Shown here one piece after another: positions 26,117-34,863 of a DNA stretch of 62,610 nucleotides (positions are counted from its first letter, which is position 1; every line of letters starts with the position of its first letter). Source of the stretch: Candidatus Omnitrophota bacterium (lineage in GTDB: Bacteria; Omnitrophota; Gorgyraeia; Zapsychrales; Fredricksoniimonadaceae). Both the position numbers and the translations under genes were made by a program. Below the pieces are notes generated by a model. The model saw only the letters and a program-made list of their open reading frames with translations. It was not told the origin of the DNA and searched no databases. The stretch covers positions 1-62,610 of the forward strand of contig JABDCU010000008.1 in assembly GCA_013287965.1 (NCBI GenBank), written 5' to 3'.

Positions 26117-26856
26117 ACCCTGTAAAAGTCGCCGTCGTACTACCGGCTTACGAAGCAGCTGCTACCGTTTCCGACGTCTTAAACGCGCTCCCGCGTGAAT
26201 TTTTTCAATATATCATTTTGGTGGACGACCATTCCAGGGACCAAACTTTTGAAATTGCTTCAAAAGACAAGTCAGTCCTCGCGTATCGCAATGAAAAAAA
26301 CCTTGGTTATGGCGGGAACATCAAAAAATGCCTTTGCATTGCCCTTGAGCTTGGCGCTGACATCATCGTCGAGATCCATCCTGACGGGGAATATGGTGTC
26401 GGATCGATCGGCAGGGCCATTGAAGAAGTCAAACACGGGGCCGGCCTTGTGCTGGGAAACAGGTTCGCTTTGGATGGAGGCCCTTTAAAAAACGGAATGT
26501 TCTTCTGGAAGTACCCTGTTATCAAGGTGTTGAATTGGGCGTGTAATCGTGCACTGGGGACCCGTCTGGGAGACCTGCACCAGGGATTCAGGGTCTACTC
26601 GTCGGCATTATTAAGAAATATTGATTTCATCCATAACAGCAACGAATACCTTTTTAGTTTTCAGATCATTGTACAGGCGGTCTTCCATCAATTTCCTGTC
26701 CGGGAAGTGCCTCAAAGCTGCCGTTACAAGGGCAAGAAACGGGGGGCCCGGCTGGGTGCCGCCGCCCTTTATTCAATTTCTGTCTTCGGGGTCATCATCC
26801 GGTTCTGGCTTGCGAAATTAAGATTAAGATTGCATGGATGGCAGGGGAACATATAA
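26113..26856 (+). CDS. Family 2 glycosyltransferase, DPM1/ArnC-like (candidate polyprenyl-phosphate sugar synthase)
   Basis: VAVVLPAYEAAATV.., ..IILVDDHSRDQT.., ..NLGYGGN... ATGA overlap upstream. Confidence 0.7.
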   Translation: MNPVKVAVVLPAYEAAATVSDVLNALPREFFQYIILVDDHSRDQTFEIASKDKSVLAYRNEKNLGYGGNIKKCLCIALELGADIIVEIHPDGEYGVGSIGRAIEEVKHGAGLVLGNRFALDGGPLKNGMFFWKYPVIKVLNWACNRALGTRLGDLHQGFRVYSSALLRNIDFIHNSNEYLFSFQIIVQAVFHQFPVREVPQSCRYKGKKRGARLGAAALYSISVFGVIIRFWLAKLRLRLHGWQGNI

Positions 26857-26863
26857 TAAGAGT

Positions 26864-28003
26864 ATGAAGATACGCACTAAAGCCGTACATACCGGTGTCA
26901 ACATTGATAAAACTTTTAATTCGGTGATAACACCGATCTATCCCACGTCCACCTTTTTCTTCGACGAGATCGGTAAGAACAAGGGATATGATTACACCCG
27001 CTCCGGCAATCCCACCCGCGCGGCCCTGGAGGCGAATATCGCGGCCCTCGAAGGGGGCATTAATTGCTCGGCGACTGCCACCGGCATGGCGGCCATCACG
27101 GCGGTGATGTTTTTTCTTAAAGCAGGGGACCACATCATCACCGGGGATGATATTTACGGCGGCACCTACCGTTTGTTTAACGCGGTCTTAAAGCCCATGG
27201 GTTATGATTTTTCCTTTATCAATATGCGTGACCTTAAAGCGGTCAAAGCCGCTGTGAAGAAGAATACCAAAATGGTGTGGATCGAAACACCATCCAATCC
27301 TTTGCTTAATATCGTGGACATGGAGGCAGTGATCGCTATTGCCCAAAAAGCCAAGGCCTTAAGCGTCGTGGACAATACTTTTTTGTCGCCGTATTTCCAG
27401 AAGCCTTTTGAGTTTGGGGCGGACATGGTGGTGCATTCGACGACCAAATACATCAATGGCCATTCCGATGTCGTTGGCGGGGCGATCATTTATGGACGCA
27501 AAGATTTGCAGGAGCGCGGCCGTTATCTGGTCAATGCCCTGGGGGTGTCCCAATCTCCTTATGATGCCTGGCTGGTCTTGCGCGGGGCGAAAACCCTGGT
27601 GCCTCGCATGGAAGCGCATCAGGTCAATGCCATTGAGATCGCCCATTTCCTCGAGGGGCATAAGAACGTCAAAAAGGTCTATTATCCAGGCCTTAAAAGC
27701 CATCCACAGCAGGTACTTATCAAAAAGCAGATGAAGGGCTTTGGGGCCATGTTGGCTTTTGAATTAAACACGCGAGAGGTGGCGTTAAATAAATTTTTCA
27801 AAAAATTAAAATATTTTGCCTTGGCTGAGTCTCTTGGCGGGGTAGAATCTTTGGCGGAGACCCCATGGTACATGAGCCATGCCTCCATGGGGGAGGCAGG
27901 TCTCCGTGCATCCGGAATAACCAGGGAAACCGTACGTGTTTCCGTCGGTATTGAAGATGCTGATGATCTGATCGCTGACCTGGATCAAGCGTTGAAAGGG
28001 TGA
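26864..28003 (+). CDS. PLP-dependent Cys/Met metabolism enzyme (cystathionine beta-lyase / gamma-synthase family)
   Basis: ..YTRSGNPTR.., ..VVHSTTKYINGHSDVVGG.. (PLP-lysine motif), ..ESLGGVESL... MKIRTKAVHTG start at 26864. Confidence 0.8.
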   Translation: MKIRTKAVHTGVNIDKTFNSVITPIYPTSTFFFDEIGKNKGYDYTRSGNPTRAALEANIAALEGGINCSATATGMAAITAVMFFLKAGDHIITGDDIYGGTYRLFNAVLKPMGYDFSFINMRDLKAVKAAVKKNTKMVWIETPSNPLLNIVDMEAVIAIAQKAKALSVVDNTFLSPYFQKPFEFGADMVVHSTTKYINGHSDVVGGAIIYGRKDLQERGRYLVNALGVSQSPYDAWLVLRGAKTLVPRMEAHQVNAIEIAHFLEGHKNVKKVYYPGLKSHPQQVLIKKQMKGFGAMLAFELNTREVALNKFFKKLKYFALAESLGGVESLAETPWYMSHASMGEAGLRASGITRETVRVSVGIEDADDLIADLDQALKG

Positions 28004-28004
28004 G

Positions 28005-28790
28005 ATGAAAAGAGATTACTTTGTAATGACATTGGGAAAAAACCTTACGGTGTCGATGATATTGGGCCTTTTGACACTAATTCCTTTGGCATACGCGGCA
28101 TTGCCGGATATTGAAGCTGCGGTGATGAACAAAGACTATGCCCAGGCCAGGGACCTGGCTTCCAAGATCATCAAAGACAGCAATGATCCCGCCCAGCGCA
28201 CGGAAGCGCAATATTATTATGGTCTGGCACAGCTGCGTTTGGGGCAATACAGCCAGGCGCGCAGCGCTTTCCAAAGTGTCATGGATACCCATCCGGCACA
28301 TGACGTTTATGACAAGGCCGCGCTCAGCCTGATCGAAGGATTTTATATGGAGGGTCTTTATACGGATGCCCTTGATACGGCCAAACAATTGCTTAAAAAG
28401 AGCCCCTATTCTTCATTTTTGAGTTTAATTTATTTTAAGATCGCCGGAGCTGACCTGAAATTGATGCGATGGGAAGACGCGAATAAATATTTAAACAAGA
28501 TCATCAACGAATTCCCTAAAAGCCCGGAAGTCCAGGTTGCCAAACAGCTTTTGGAAGAAAAGCAGTATTTCGCGGTCCAGGTGGGGGCATTTTTAGATAA
28601 AGGCAGGGCCTTGAGTTTGATCGATGATCTAAAAGGCAACGGGCAATATGCCTATGTGGTCGAGACCACCGCTTCCGACGGGCAGAAATATTACCGTGTG
28701 CGCGTGGGGCAGATGAGCTCGCTTGAAAGTGCCGAGGACTTGAAAAAACGGTTAGATAAGTTGGGATATCCAACCTTGATCTATCCCTGA
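28005..28790 (+). CDS. TPR-repeat protein with C-terminal SPOR (peptidoglycan-binding) domain
   Basis: N-terminal signal/anchor and TPR-like helices. C-terminal YFAVQVGAF..YYRVRVGQMSS.ESAEDLKKRLDKLGY is the SPOR pattern. Confidence 0.65.
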   Translation: MKRDYFVMTLGKNLTVSMILGLLTLIPLAYAALPDIEAAVMNKDYAQARDLASKIIKDSNDPAQRTEAQYYYGLAQLRLGQYSQARSAFQSVMDTHPAHDVYDKAALSLIEGFYMEGLYTDALDTAKQLLKKSPYSSFLSLIYFKIAGADLKLMRWEDANKYLNKIINEFPKSPEVQVAKQLLEEKQYFAVQVGAFLDKGRALSLIDDLKGNGQYAYVVETTASDGQKYYRVRVGQMSSLESAEDLKKRLDKLGYPTLIYP

Positions 28791-29677
28791 TGAAAGATCC
28801 CGCCCTTATTTTTATCGTCGGGCCGACCGCCGCCGGAAAATCCGAAATAGCCCTGTGTTTAGCCCAACGCCGTAATGCCGAAATTATCTGTTGCGATGCC
28901 ATGCAGGTTTATCGGGAAATCGCGGTCGCGAGCGATAAACCATCAGCCAAGGCCAGGTCCCTTGTCCCGCACCATTTGGTGGATGTGGTTTCCGTGACAG
29001 AAGATTTTAATGTGGCGCGTTATCGCGGGCTGGCCGCGCAGGCCATTCAGGACATACAGAAACGCGGCAAAACACCCTTGATCGTCGGGGGAAGCGGCAT
29101 GTATATGGCGGTTTTGCTGGATGGGATCTTTGAAGTAAAAGCCGGTGCCCGTATAGAAGACTCATCGTTATTGACCCATGATCGTCTCAAAACCTTAGAC
29201 CCGCAGGCAGCAAGGAAGATCCACCCTAATGATTCTCAAAGGATTGTCAGGGCTTTAGAAGTAGCTGTAGCAACAGGCCAGCCTTTATCGCGGCTGCAGC
29301 AAAAACGCGAAGGGCTGTGGGGCACAATGCCCATTAAAATATTCGCCCTTAACCGGCCGCGCGAAGAGCTTTACCAACGGGTCGAAGCGCGCGTGGATGA
29401 GATGTTTACTAAGGGATTAGTCGAGGAGATCAAGCAGGTCTCAGCGCTGTCCTTGAGCGTTACCGCGCGCAAGCTTATCGGCATTCCTGAAGTCATGGGG
29501 CATCTAAAAGGGGAATATGATCTCGAGCGCGCCAAGTATTTGATGAAACTCAACACCCGTCACTACGTCAAACGCCAATTGACCTGGTTTCGGCGGGACA
29601 AGCGGCTGACGTGGATCGACATTACGCCGGACCAATCTCCGGAGCAAGTGGCGGATATTATTGCAGGAGCGCTATGA
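28790..29677 (+). CDS. miaA: tRNA dimethylallyltransferase
   Basis: IFIVGPTAAGKS P-loop, ..CCDAMQVYR.., ..VGGSGMY.., ..RQLTWFR... Confidence 0.85.
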   Translation: MKDPALIFIVGPTAAGKSEIALCLAQRRNAEIICCDAMQVYREIAVASDKPSAKARSLVPHHLVDVVSVTEDFNVARYRGLAAQAIQDIQKRGKTPLIVGGSGMYMAVLLDGIFEVKAGARIEDSSLLTHDRLKTLDPQAARKIHPNDSQRIVRALEVAVATGQPLSRLQQKREGLWGTMPIKIFALNRPREELYQRVEARVDEMFTKGLVEEIKQVSALSLSVTARKLIGIPEVMGHLKGEYDLERAKYLMKLNTRHYVKRQLTWFRRDKRLTWIDITPDQSPEQVADIIAGAL

Positions 29678-30930
29678 AAGAAAAGATCATACTAGCCGTT
29701 GTCGTTGAGCATGCGCATAGTTCTTGGTCCCCTGAGGACGAGGCGGCTGAGATGCAACAACTCATCGCGACCTGCGGCGGTGAAATTGTCCATACGGTTT
29801 TTTGCAAAACCATGCCGCCCACCGCGTCCCATATGCTCACCAAGGGCAAGGTCGAGGAGATCAAGCTCTTGTGCCAGGCAGGCGGCATTGATGCCGTCAT
29901 CGTCAGTTGTGACCTTAAGGGCACTCAGCAGCGCAATCTTGAAGCTGATTTCGGGGTCAAGACCCTGGACCGCACCCAGGTCATTCTTGATATTTTTGCC
30001 AGGCGCGCCGCATCCCAGGAAGGCAAAATGCAGGTGGAGTTAGCGCAACTGCAGTACCGGCTTCCCCGGCTCACGGGGCATGGAGAAGAAATGTCACGTT
30101 TAGGCGGCGGCATCGGTACTTCCGGCCCCGGCGAAACCAAGCTTGAGATCGACCGCAGGCGTATCGGTGAGCGCATTACCAGATTAAAGAAAGACCTCAA
30201 AGCCGTCACCCAGAGCCGTCAAGTCAAACGCAAAAAGCGCCAGGACCAAAAGATACCGACCGTGGCCCTGGTTGGCTATACCAATGCCGGCAAATCGACC
30301 CTTTTAAATACTTTAACAGAGGCAGACACGCTCGTTCATGACGGGCTTTTTACGACCCTGGATTCACTTTCACGTCAGGCGCTATTGCCCAACCATACTA
30401 AAGTAGTTTTCTCCGATACTGTCGGGTTCATGCACGCCTTGCCTCACGGGCTTATCGAAGCCTTTAAGGCAACACTCGAGGAAGTCCAGGAGGCGGATCT
30501 CTTATTGCACGTGCTGGATATCAGCAACTCTGACTATCGGAAGTTTTATGACGCGGTCCGCGCGGTATTGGATGAACTGAAGGTCTTGGACAAGCCCGTG
30601 ATCATGGTGCTTAATAAAATAGATAAACTCGAGGACATGCAGCGTTTAAATGAGTTTAAGAGGGATGTTCCCTATTACATAGGAGTTTCCGCCCTTAAGG
30701 GAGAAAATATCCAGCAGTTGTTTTTGATGATCGAGGACATTTTATCGGAAGGTTCAGTGGATATTGACATTGTATTACCAGCCAATCGCATGGACCTGGT
30801 CAATCTGGCCCATGGCCAGGGGGTGGTGCATGAGGTCAAGTTTTTGGCTAAAGGCATACGCCTGAAAGCTTCCCTGCCGGCTAAAACTGCGGGCGCTCTT
30901 ACGGCCAAGCGAGTTGACAAAGCCGGTTAA
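29674..30930 (+). CDS. hflX: GTPase HflX
   Basis: ATGA overlap with miaA. HflX N-domain ..LDRTQVILDIFARRA..EGKMQVELAQLQY... G1 motif GYTNAGKSTL, G3 DTVGF, G4 NKID. Confidence 0.85.
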   Translation: MKEKIILAVVVEHAHSSWSPEDEAAEMQQLIATCGGEIVHTVFCKTMPPTASHMLTKGKVEEIKLLCQAGGIDAVIVSCDLKGTQQRNLEADFGVKTLDRTQVILDIFARRAASQEGKMQVELAQLQYRLPRLTGHGEEMSRLGGGIGTSGPGETKLEIDRRRIGERITRLKKDLKAVTQSRQVKRKKRQDQKIPTVALVGYTNAGKSTLLNTLTEADTLVHDGLFTTLDSLSRQALLPNHTKVVFSDTVGFMHALPHGLIEAFKATLEEVQEADLLLHVLDISNSDYRKFYDAVRAVLDELKVLDKPVIMVLNKIDKLEDMQRLNEFKRDVPYYIGVSALKGENIQQLFLMIEDILSEGSVDIDIVLPANRMDLVNLAHGQGVVHEVKFLAKGIRLKASLPAKTAGALTAKRVDKAG

Positions 30931-30932
30931 CT

Positions 30933-31892
30933 ATGTTAAATTTACAAAATATGTTCCGTCGAAACGTTGCTTTATCCGCCATATTTTTAGTCTTGTTTCC
31001 CTCGCTCAGCCCGGCTGACTGGATTTGGACCCCCGAGACAGGCAAGTTTATCAATCCCAAATGGGAAGTAAAACCCACTCCTGAAGACCAGCTGGAATAT
31101 GCCCAGAGTTTTAAGGACAAGGGCAATTGCAAGAAAGCCATGGCAGAGTTCAAAAAATTGATCAGGGCCTATCCTCGCGCCAAAGAAGCTCCGGAAGCTG
31201 AATTTTTTATAGGCCAATGCCAGGAAGACATGCATAAGCCGTATGAAGCGTATCAGGCCTATCAGCTGGTCATTGATAAATATCCCTTTAGCGAACGCGC
31301 CGCGCAGATCGTCGGCCTGGAATATAACATCGCCAACCATCTCCTGGAGAACAAGGACCGCAGTAAATGGGCGGAGACGGTGGTGGGCAGTGATGACAGG
31401 GTCATTGAAATATTACGTACCGTCATCAAGGACGCGCCTTATGGTAAATTCGCGGCGATCTCCCAGTATAAGATAGGGCTTTATTTTAAGGAAAAGGGCA
31501 TGTACCAGGAAGCCAGGGACGAGTTTGAGAAAACCATGAATGATTATCCCAACAGCGAATGGGCCCAAGCTTCCAAATTCCAAATCGCCATGGCAGACAC
31601 GGGCCGGGCTTCGGACGCGCAGCATGAGCAGAAGGTGACCAGCATTGCCATGGAAGAGTTCAATGAATTTGTCAAGACCCACCCGGACAGTCAGCTGACC
31701 CCGGAGGCACAGGCGCAGATGGCCCGCCTGAAAGCCAGGGAAGCGGAAAATAATTTTGTCATCGCCAAGTTTTATGAAAAGCAGAAAAATTTAAAAGCCG
31801 CGCGGATATACTATAAAGAAGTTGCCAGTAACTACGCGGACACTTCCTGGGGGCCTAAGGCCCTGGCCCAGTTGAAAATCATTGGTGAATAA
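30933..31892 (+). CDS. TPR-like outer-membrane assembly lipoprotein-type protein (BamD/YfiO-like)
   Basis: Signal peptide and repeated TPR-like helices (..AEFFIGQCQ..YEAYQAYQLVIDKYP..). Sits next to an LptE-like gene. No lipobox cysteine seen. Confidence 0.45.
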   Translation: MLNLQNMFRRNVALSAIFLVLFPSLSPADWIWTPETGKFINPKWEVKPTPEDQLEYAQSFKDKGNCKKAMAEFKKLIRAYPRAKEAPEAEFFIGQCQEDMHKPYEAYQAYQLVIDKYPFSERAAQIVGLEYNIANHLLENKDRSKWAETVVGSDDRVIEILRTVIKDAPYGKFAAISQYKIGLYFKEKGMYQEARDEFEKTMNDYPNSEWAQASKFQIAMADTGRASDAQHEQKVTSIAMEEFNEFVKTHPDSQLTPEAQAQMARLKAREAENNFVIAKFYEKQKNLKAARIYYKEVASNYADTSWGPKALAQLKIIGE

Positions 31893-32413
31893 TGGTACGT
31901 TTTCTTTTGTGCACACTGCTTGTCTTGGACCTTGCCGGCTGCGGTTATACGACGGGGTCCTTATTGCCCGGCAAATACCGCAGGATCGCCGTTGAGCCTT
32001 TTAAGAATAAGACCAACAATCTCGATGAAAATAACACCGGGCTTTACCTGCCGCAGATGGAAACCAGTGTCCGTACCGCCATTATAGACAAGTTTTTGTT
32101 TGACGGGAATTTGCATATTGCTGACCCGGACAAGGCCAACCTGGTGCTTAGCGGGGACCTGATCAATATTTCACAGGACACTTTGCGCCAGGACATCAAT
32201 CAAAATGTCCAGGAATACCGTATCACGGTCACTGTTTCTTTGACCTTGACGGACACGGAAACCGGCAAGGTCCTCTGGACAGAACCTTCTTTTTCCGGGG
32301 TGACAACGTATTTTCTCACAGGGTCCCAGGCCACCTCACAGAGCGCCGCGGTAGACGCGGCGCTGGCTGACCTTGCCACCCGTGTTGTTGAGCGTACCGT
32401 TGAGAATTGGTAA
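31892..32413 (+). CDS. lptE: LPS-assembly lipoprotein LptE-like
   Basis: Lipobox LAGCGY, then ..RRIAVEPFKNKT.. and a ~170-aa size typical of LptE. Confidence 0.5.
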   Translation: MVRFLLCTLLVLDLAGCGYTTGSLLPGKYRRIAVEPFKNKTNNLDENNTGLYLPQMETSVRTAIIDKFLFDGNLHIADPDKANLVLSGDLINISQDTLRQDINQNVQEYRITVTVSLTLTDTETGKVLWTEPSFSGVTTYFLTGSQATSQSAAVDAALADLATRVVERTVENW

Positions 32414-32416
32414 GCC

Positions 32417-33070
32417 ATGATTTATCTTTTCCTGGGCGATGACCTGCCAGCCAAAGACGCCAGAATTGCCGAGATCAAAAGTAAATTCTTCAAGAACTCC
32501 CAGGAAGCCCTCGCCTTTGATCTTGATAACCTTGATGCCAAGGAACTTGGGGATGACGCGCTAAAAAAAGCATTCTTGACCCTGCCGGTCATCGCCCCTC
32601 ACCGCCTGATCATTTTGCGCCAGGTCCATAAATTAAAATCCGCCGACATCCAAGTGCTGATTAAATTTTGCCAAAATCCGGCGAAGCACTGTGATGTGGT
32701 CTTGGAATCCACCGAGAATACGCTCAAAGGCGATCTAAAAGACCTGCCGCTCTATGCCAAGGGAGCGGTGATGGCCCGGCCTGAAGGTCCCAATGTTTTT
32801 GATATGACCAAATTGATAACAGCCCATCGCAGCGGTGACGCATTGAAAATGTTGGATGGTTTCTATCGCGCGGATGTGCATCCCTTACAGATCATGGGTG
32901 CCTTGGTGTGGTATTGGGGCAAGGAAGGCAAGGCTGCGGGGCGTGAACGTTTTGAGCGGGGGCTCAAGAGTTTGGAAGAGGCGGACTTGAACATTAAACG
33001 CAGCCGCCTGGACCCTCAATACGCCGTGGAAAAATTGGTGGTGGAATTAGGCTTGCTTTTGCGCCGGTAA
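32417..33070 (+). CDS. holA: DNA polymerase III delta subunit-like (short form)
   Basis: MIYLFLGDD.. start and helical domain layout. Only 217 aa, shorter than the typical ~330-aa HolA. The 3' end overlaps the convergent rpsT by 24 nt. Confidence 0.4.
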   Translation: MIYLFLGDDLPAKDARIAEIKSKFFKNSQEALAFDLDNLDAKELGDDALKKAFLTLPVIAPHRLIILRQVHKLKSADIQVLIKFCQNPAKHCDVVLESTENTLKGDLKDLPLYAKGAVMARPEGPNVFDMTKLITAHRSGDALKMLDGFYRADVHPLQIMGALVWYWGKEGKAAGRERFERGLKSLEEADLNIKRSRLDPQYAVEKLVVELGLLLRR

Positions 33071-33319
33071 AGCTAAGGACCGTGCAAAGCGGGATTTGCG
33101 TCGGGCAGCTGTTTTCTTGTGCATGACGTTGCGTTTGGCCGCTTTATCGAATTTCTTGTAGATCTCTTTGAGCAATTCCGTTGCGTCGGCTTTTTTGTCA
33201 GCAGCTGCAACAGTGAATTTCTTGACCGCTTTTTTCAGGTCAGTCTTGATCTGCAGGTTATGCAGGTGCTTGGTATGGGCTTTACGTAAATCTTTAATGG
33301 CAGTACGGCGTTGTGGCAT
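33047..33319 (-). CDS. rpsT: 30S ribosomal protein S20
   Basis: MPQRRTAIKDLRK..K..N...K..LK..VKKF..A....D......L.......DKAAK..V.HK..AARRKSR pattern. Confidence 0.85.
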   Translation of the reverse strand: MPQRRTAIKDLRKAHTKHLHNLQIKTDLKKAVKKFTVAAADKKADATELLKEIYKKFDKAAKRNVMHKKTAARRKSRFARSLALPAQKQA

Positions 33320-33376
33320 GAATAAACTCTCCCTTTAATTGTTTTAAGGTGAGAATAATAGCAAAGCACCCCCTAT

Positions 33377-34771
33377 ATGTCAACTGATAAATCTAAACCA
33401 CCGCACCAACACCGTACCCTTTTAAAATCCAGCGGCATCGTCGCTTGCGGGGTATTGGCCTCAAGGATGCTGGGATTTGTGCGCGATGTGCTCCTGGCAC
33501 GCTTTTTAGGCACCGGCTTTTTAGCTGAGGCATTTTTTGTGGCCCAGCGCATCCCTAATTTGTTAAGGGACATGGTGGGTGAAGGTGCTGCCAACGCTGC
33601 TATTGTGCCGGTCCTTTCCGGGTACGCCCACCAAAAGTCCAAAGAAGAATGGCAGGAATGCATTAACGTGGTTTTGGCCTGGGGAGTGATCATTTTAGGA
33701 AGCATCACTTTTCTGGGTATCTTTGCGGCGCCATGGATCGTGCGGCTCATCGCCCCGGGATTTGCCGGAGAGCCCGGGGAATTACAGCTGACGGTTGACC
33801 TGACGCGCATCATGTTCCCTTATTTGGTCCTGATCGCATTAACCGCGTTTCAGGCGGGGATATTATATTCTTTAAACGCATTTTTTGCGCCGAGCTGGGG
33901 CCCCTGCCTTTTGAATTTGGCCATGATCTTAAGTGTCTGGGTGGCTTGTTTGTTCTCATGGCCGTTGGCGTATATGCTTTCCGTTGGTGTTTTGATCGGA
34001 GGCGTCTGGCAGTTTTGGGCCCAATGGCTGGCTTTGCGCCGTAGGGGAGTGTATTGGAAGATGCCGGTATCTTTAAACCATGAGGGCGCTCGTCAGATCG
34101 GCCGGCTTTTGCTTCCGCGTTTATGGGGGAGCACCGTTTATCAGATCAATATATTTGTGGATACTTTTTGCGCGTCACTGGCGGTGATCGTGGGGACCGG
34201 CGGTATTGCCGCGATCTATTATGCCAATCGCATGATCCAATTTCCCCTGGGAGTTTTTGGATATGCTTTATCATCGGTTGCTTTGCCGTCGTTATCTAAG
34301 CTTGCGCAGGAAGGGGACATGGCCCGTTTTAGATCGACGCTGTTTTTTGCCTTGCGCAATTTGATGCTGATCTTAATACCCGCGGCCTTGGGCATGGTCA
34401 TTTTTTCGAAATGGATCATCCATCTTGTTTTTCAGCGAGGGGCTTTTGACGCGTATTCAACTTCTGTTACCTCGCAGGTGATGTTTTACGCGGCACTTGG
34501 ACTGCCTTTTGTCGGGGCCTCGAGGATATTAGTCTCTGCCTTTTATGCCTTGCAGGACACTAAGACGCCGGTGAAGGCGGCCACGGTTTGTTTGGTCGTC
34601 AACGCAGTATTGAATGGATGCCTGATGTTCCCCTTAAAGATCGGCGGCATTGCCCTGGCCAGCAGTATCGCGGGTGCCGTCAACTGTCTCTTGCTGTGGC
34701 ATGGACTTAATAAAAAATTGAAAGCGCACCAAAACAGCCAAAGGGATAAATTTTTTCCGCCAAAATGCTAA
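33377..34771 (+). CDS. murJ: Lipid II flippase MurJ/MviN
   Basis: ..ASRMLGFVRDVLLARFLGTG..AEAFFVAQRIPNLLRDMVGEGA..AAIVPVL.. is the MurJ N-terminal signature. Polytopic. Confidence 0.85.
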   Translation: MSTDKSKPPHQHRTLLKSSGIVACGVLASRMLGFVRDVLLARFLGTGFLAEAFFVAQRIPNLLRDMVGEGAANAAIVPVLSGYAHQKSKEEWQECINVVLAWGVIILGSITFLGIFAAPWIVRLIAPGFAGEPGELQLTVDLTRIMFPYLVLIALTAFQAGILYSLNAFFAPSWGPCLLNLAMILSVWVACLFSWPLAYMLSVGVLIGGVWQFWAQWLALRRRGVYWKMPVSLNHEGARQIGRLLLPRLWGSTVYQINIFVDTFCASLAVIVGTGGIAAIYYANRMIQFPLGVFGYALSSVALPSLSKLAQEGDMARFRSTLFFALRNLMLILIPAALGMVIFSKWIIHLVFQRGAFDAYSTSVTSQVMFYAALGLPFVGASRILVSAFYALQDTKTPVKAATVCLVVNAVLNGCLMFPLKIGGIALASSIAGAVNCLLLWHGLNKKLKAHQNSQRDKFFPPKC

Positions 34772-34851
34772 TTGCTACTTACTTATTCCTGGATAAGTTA
34801 GGAGCAAAAACACGCATTTTGGCTTCAAAAATTATCCCTTCGTCTGTTTTG
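34730..34851 (+). repeat. ~122-nt imperfect long hairpin spanning the murJ 3' end and stop codon
   Basis: The 39-nt left arm (34730-34768) pairs with the 38-nt right arm (34814-34851) at roughly 32 positions. An inner 14-nt pair (ttgctacttactta / taagttaggagcaa) matches 12 of 14. The segment gggataatttttg resembles the core of the hairpin-repeat family. Confidence 0.7.
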
Positions 34852-34863
34852 ACGCATCATTAA

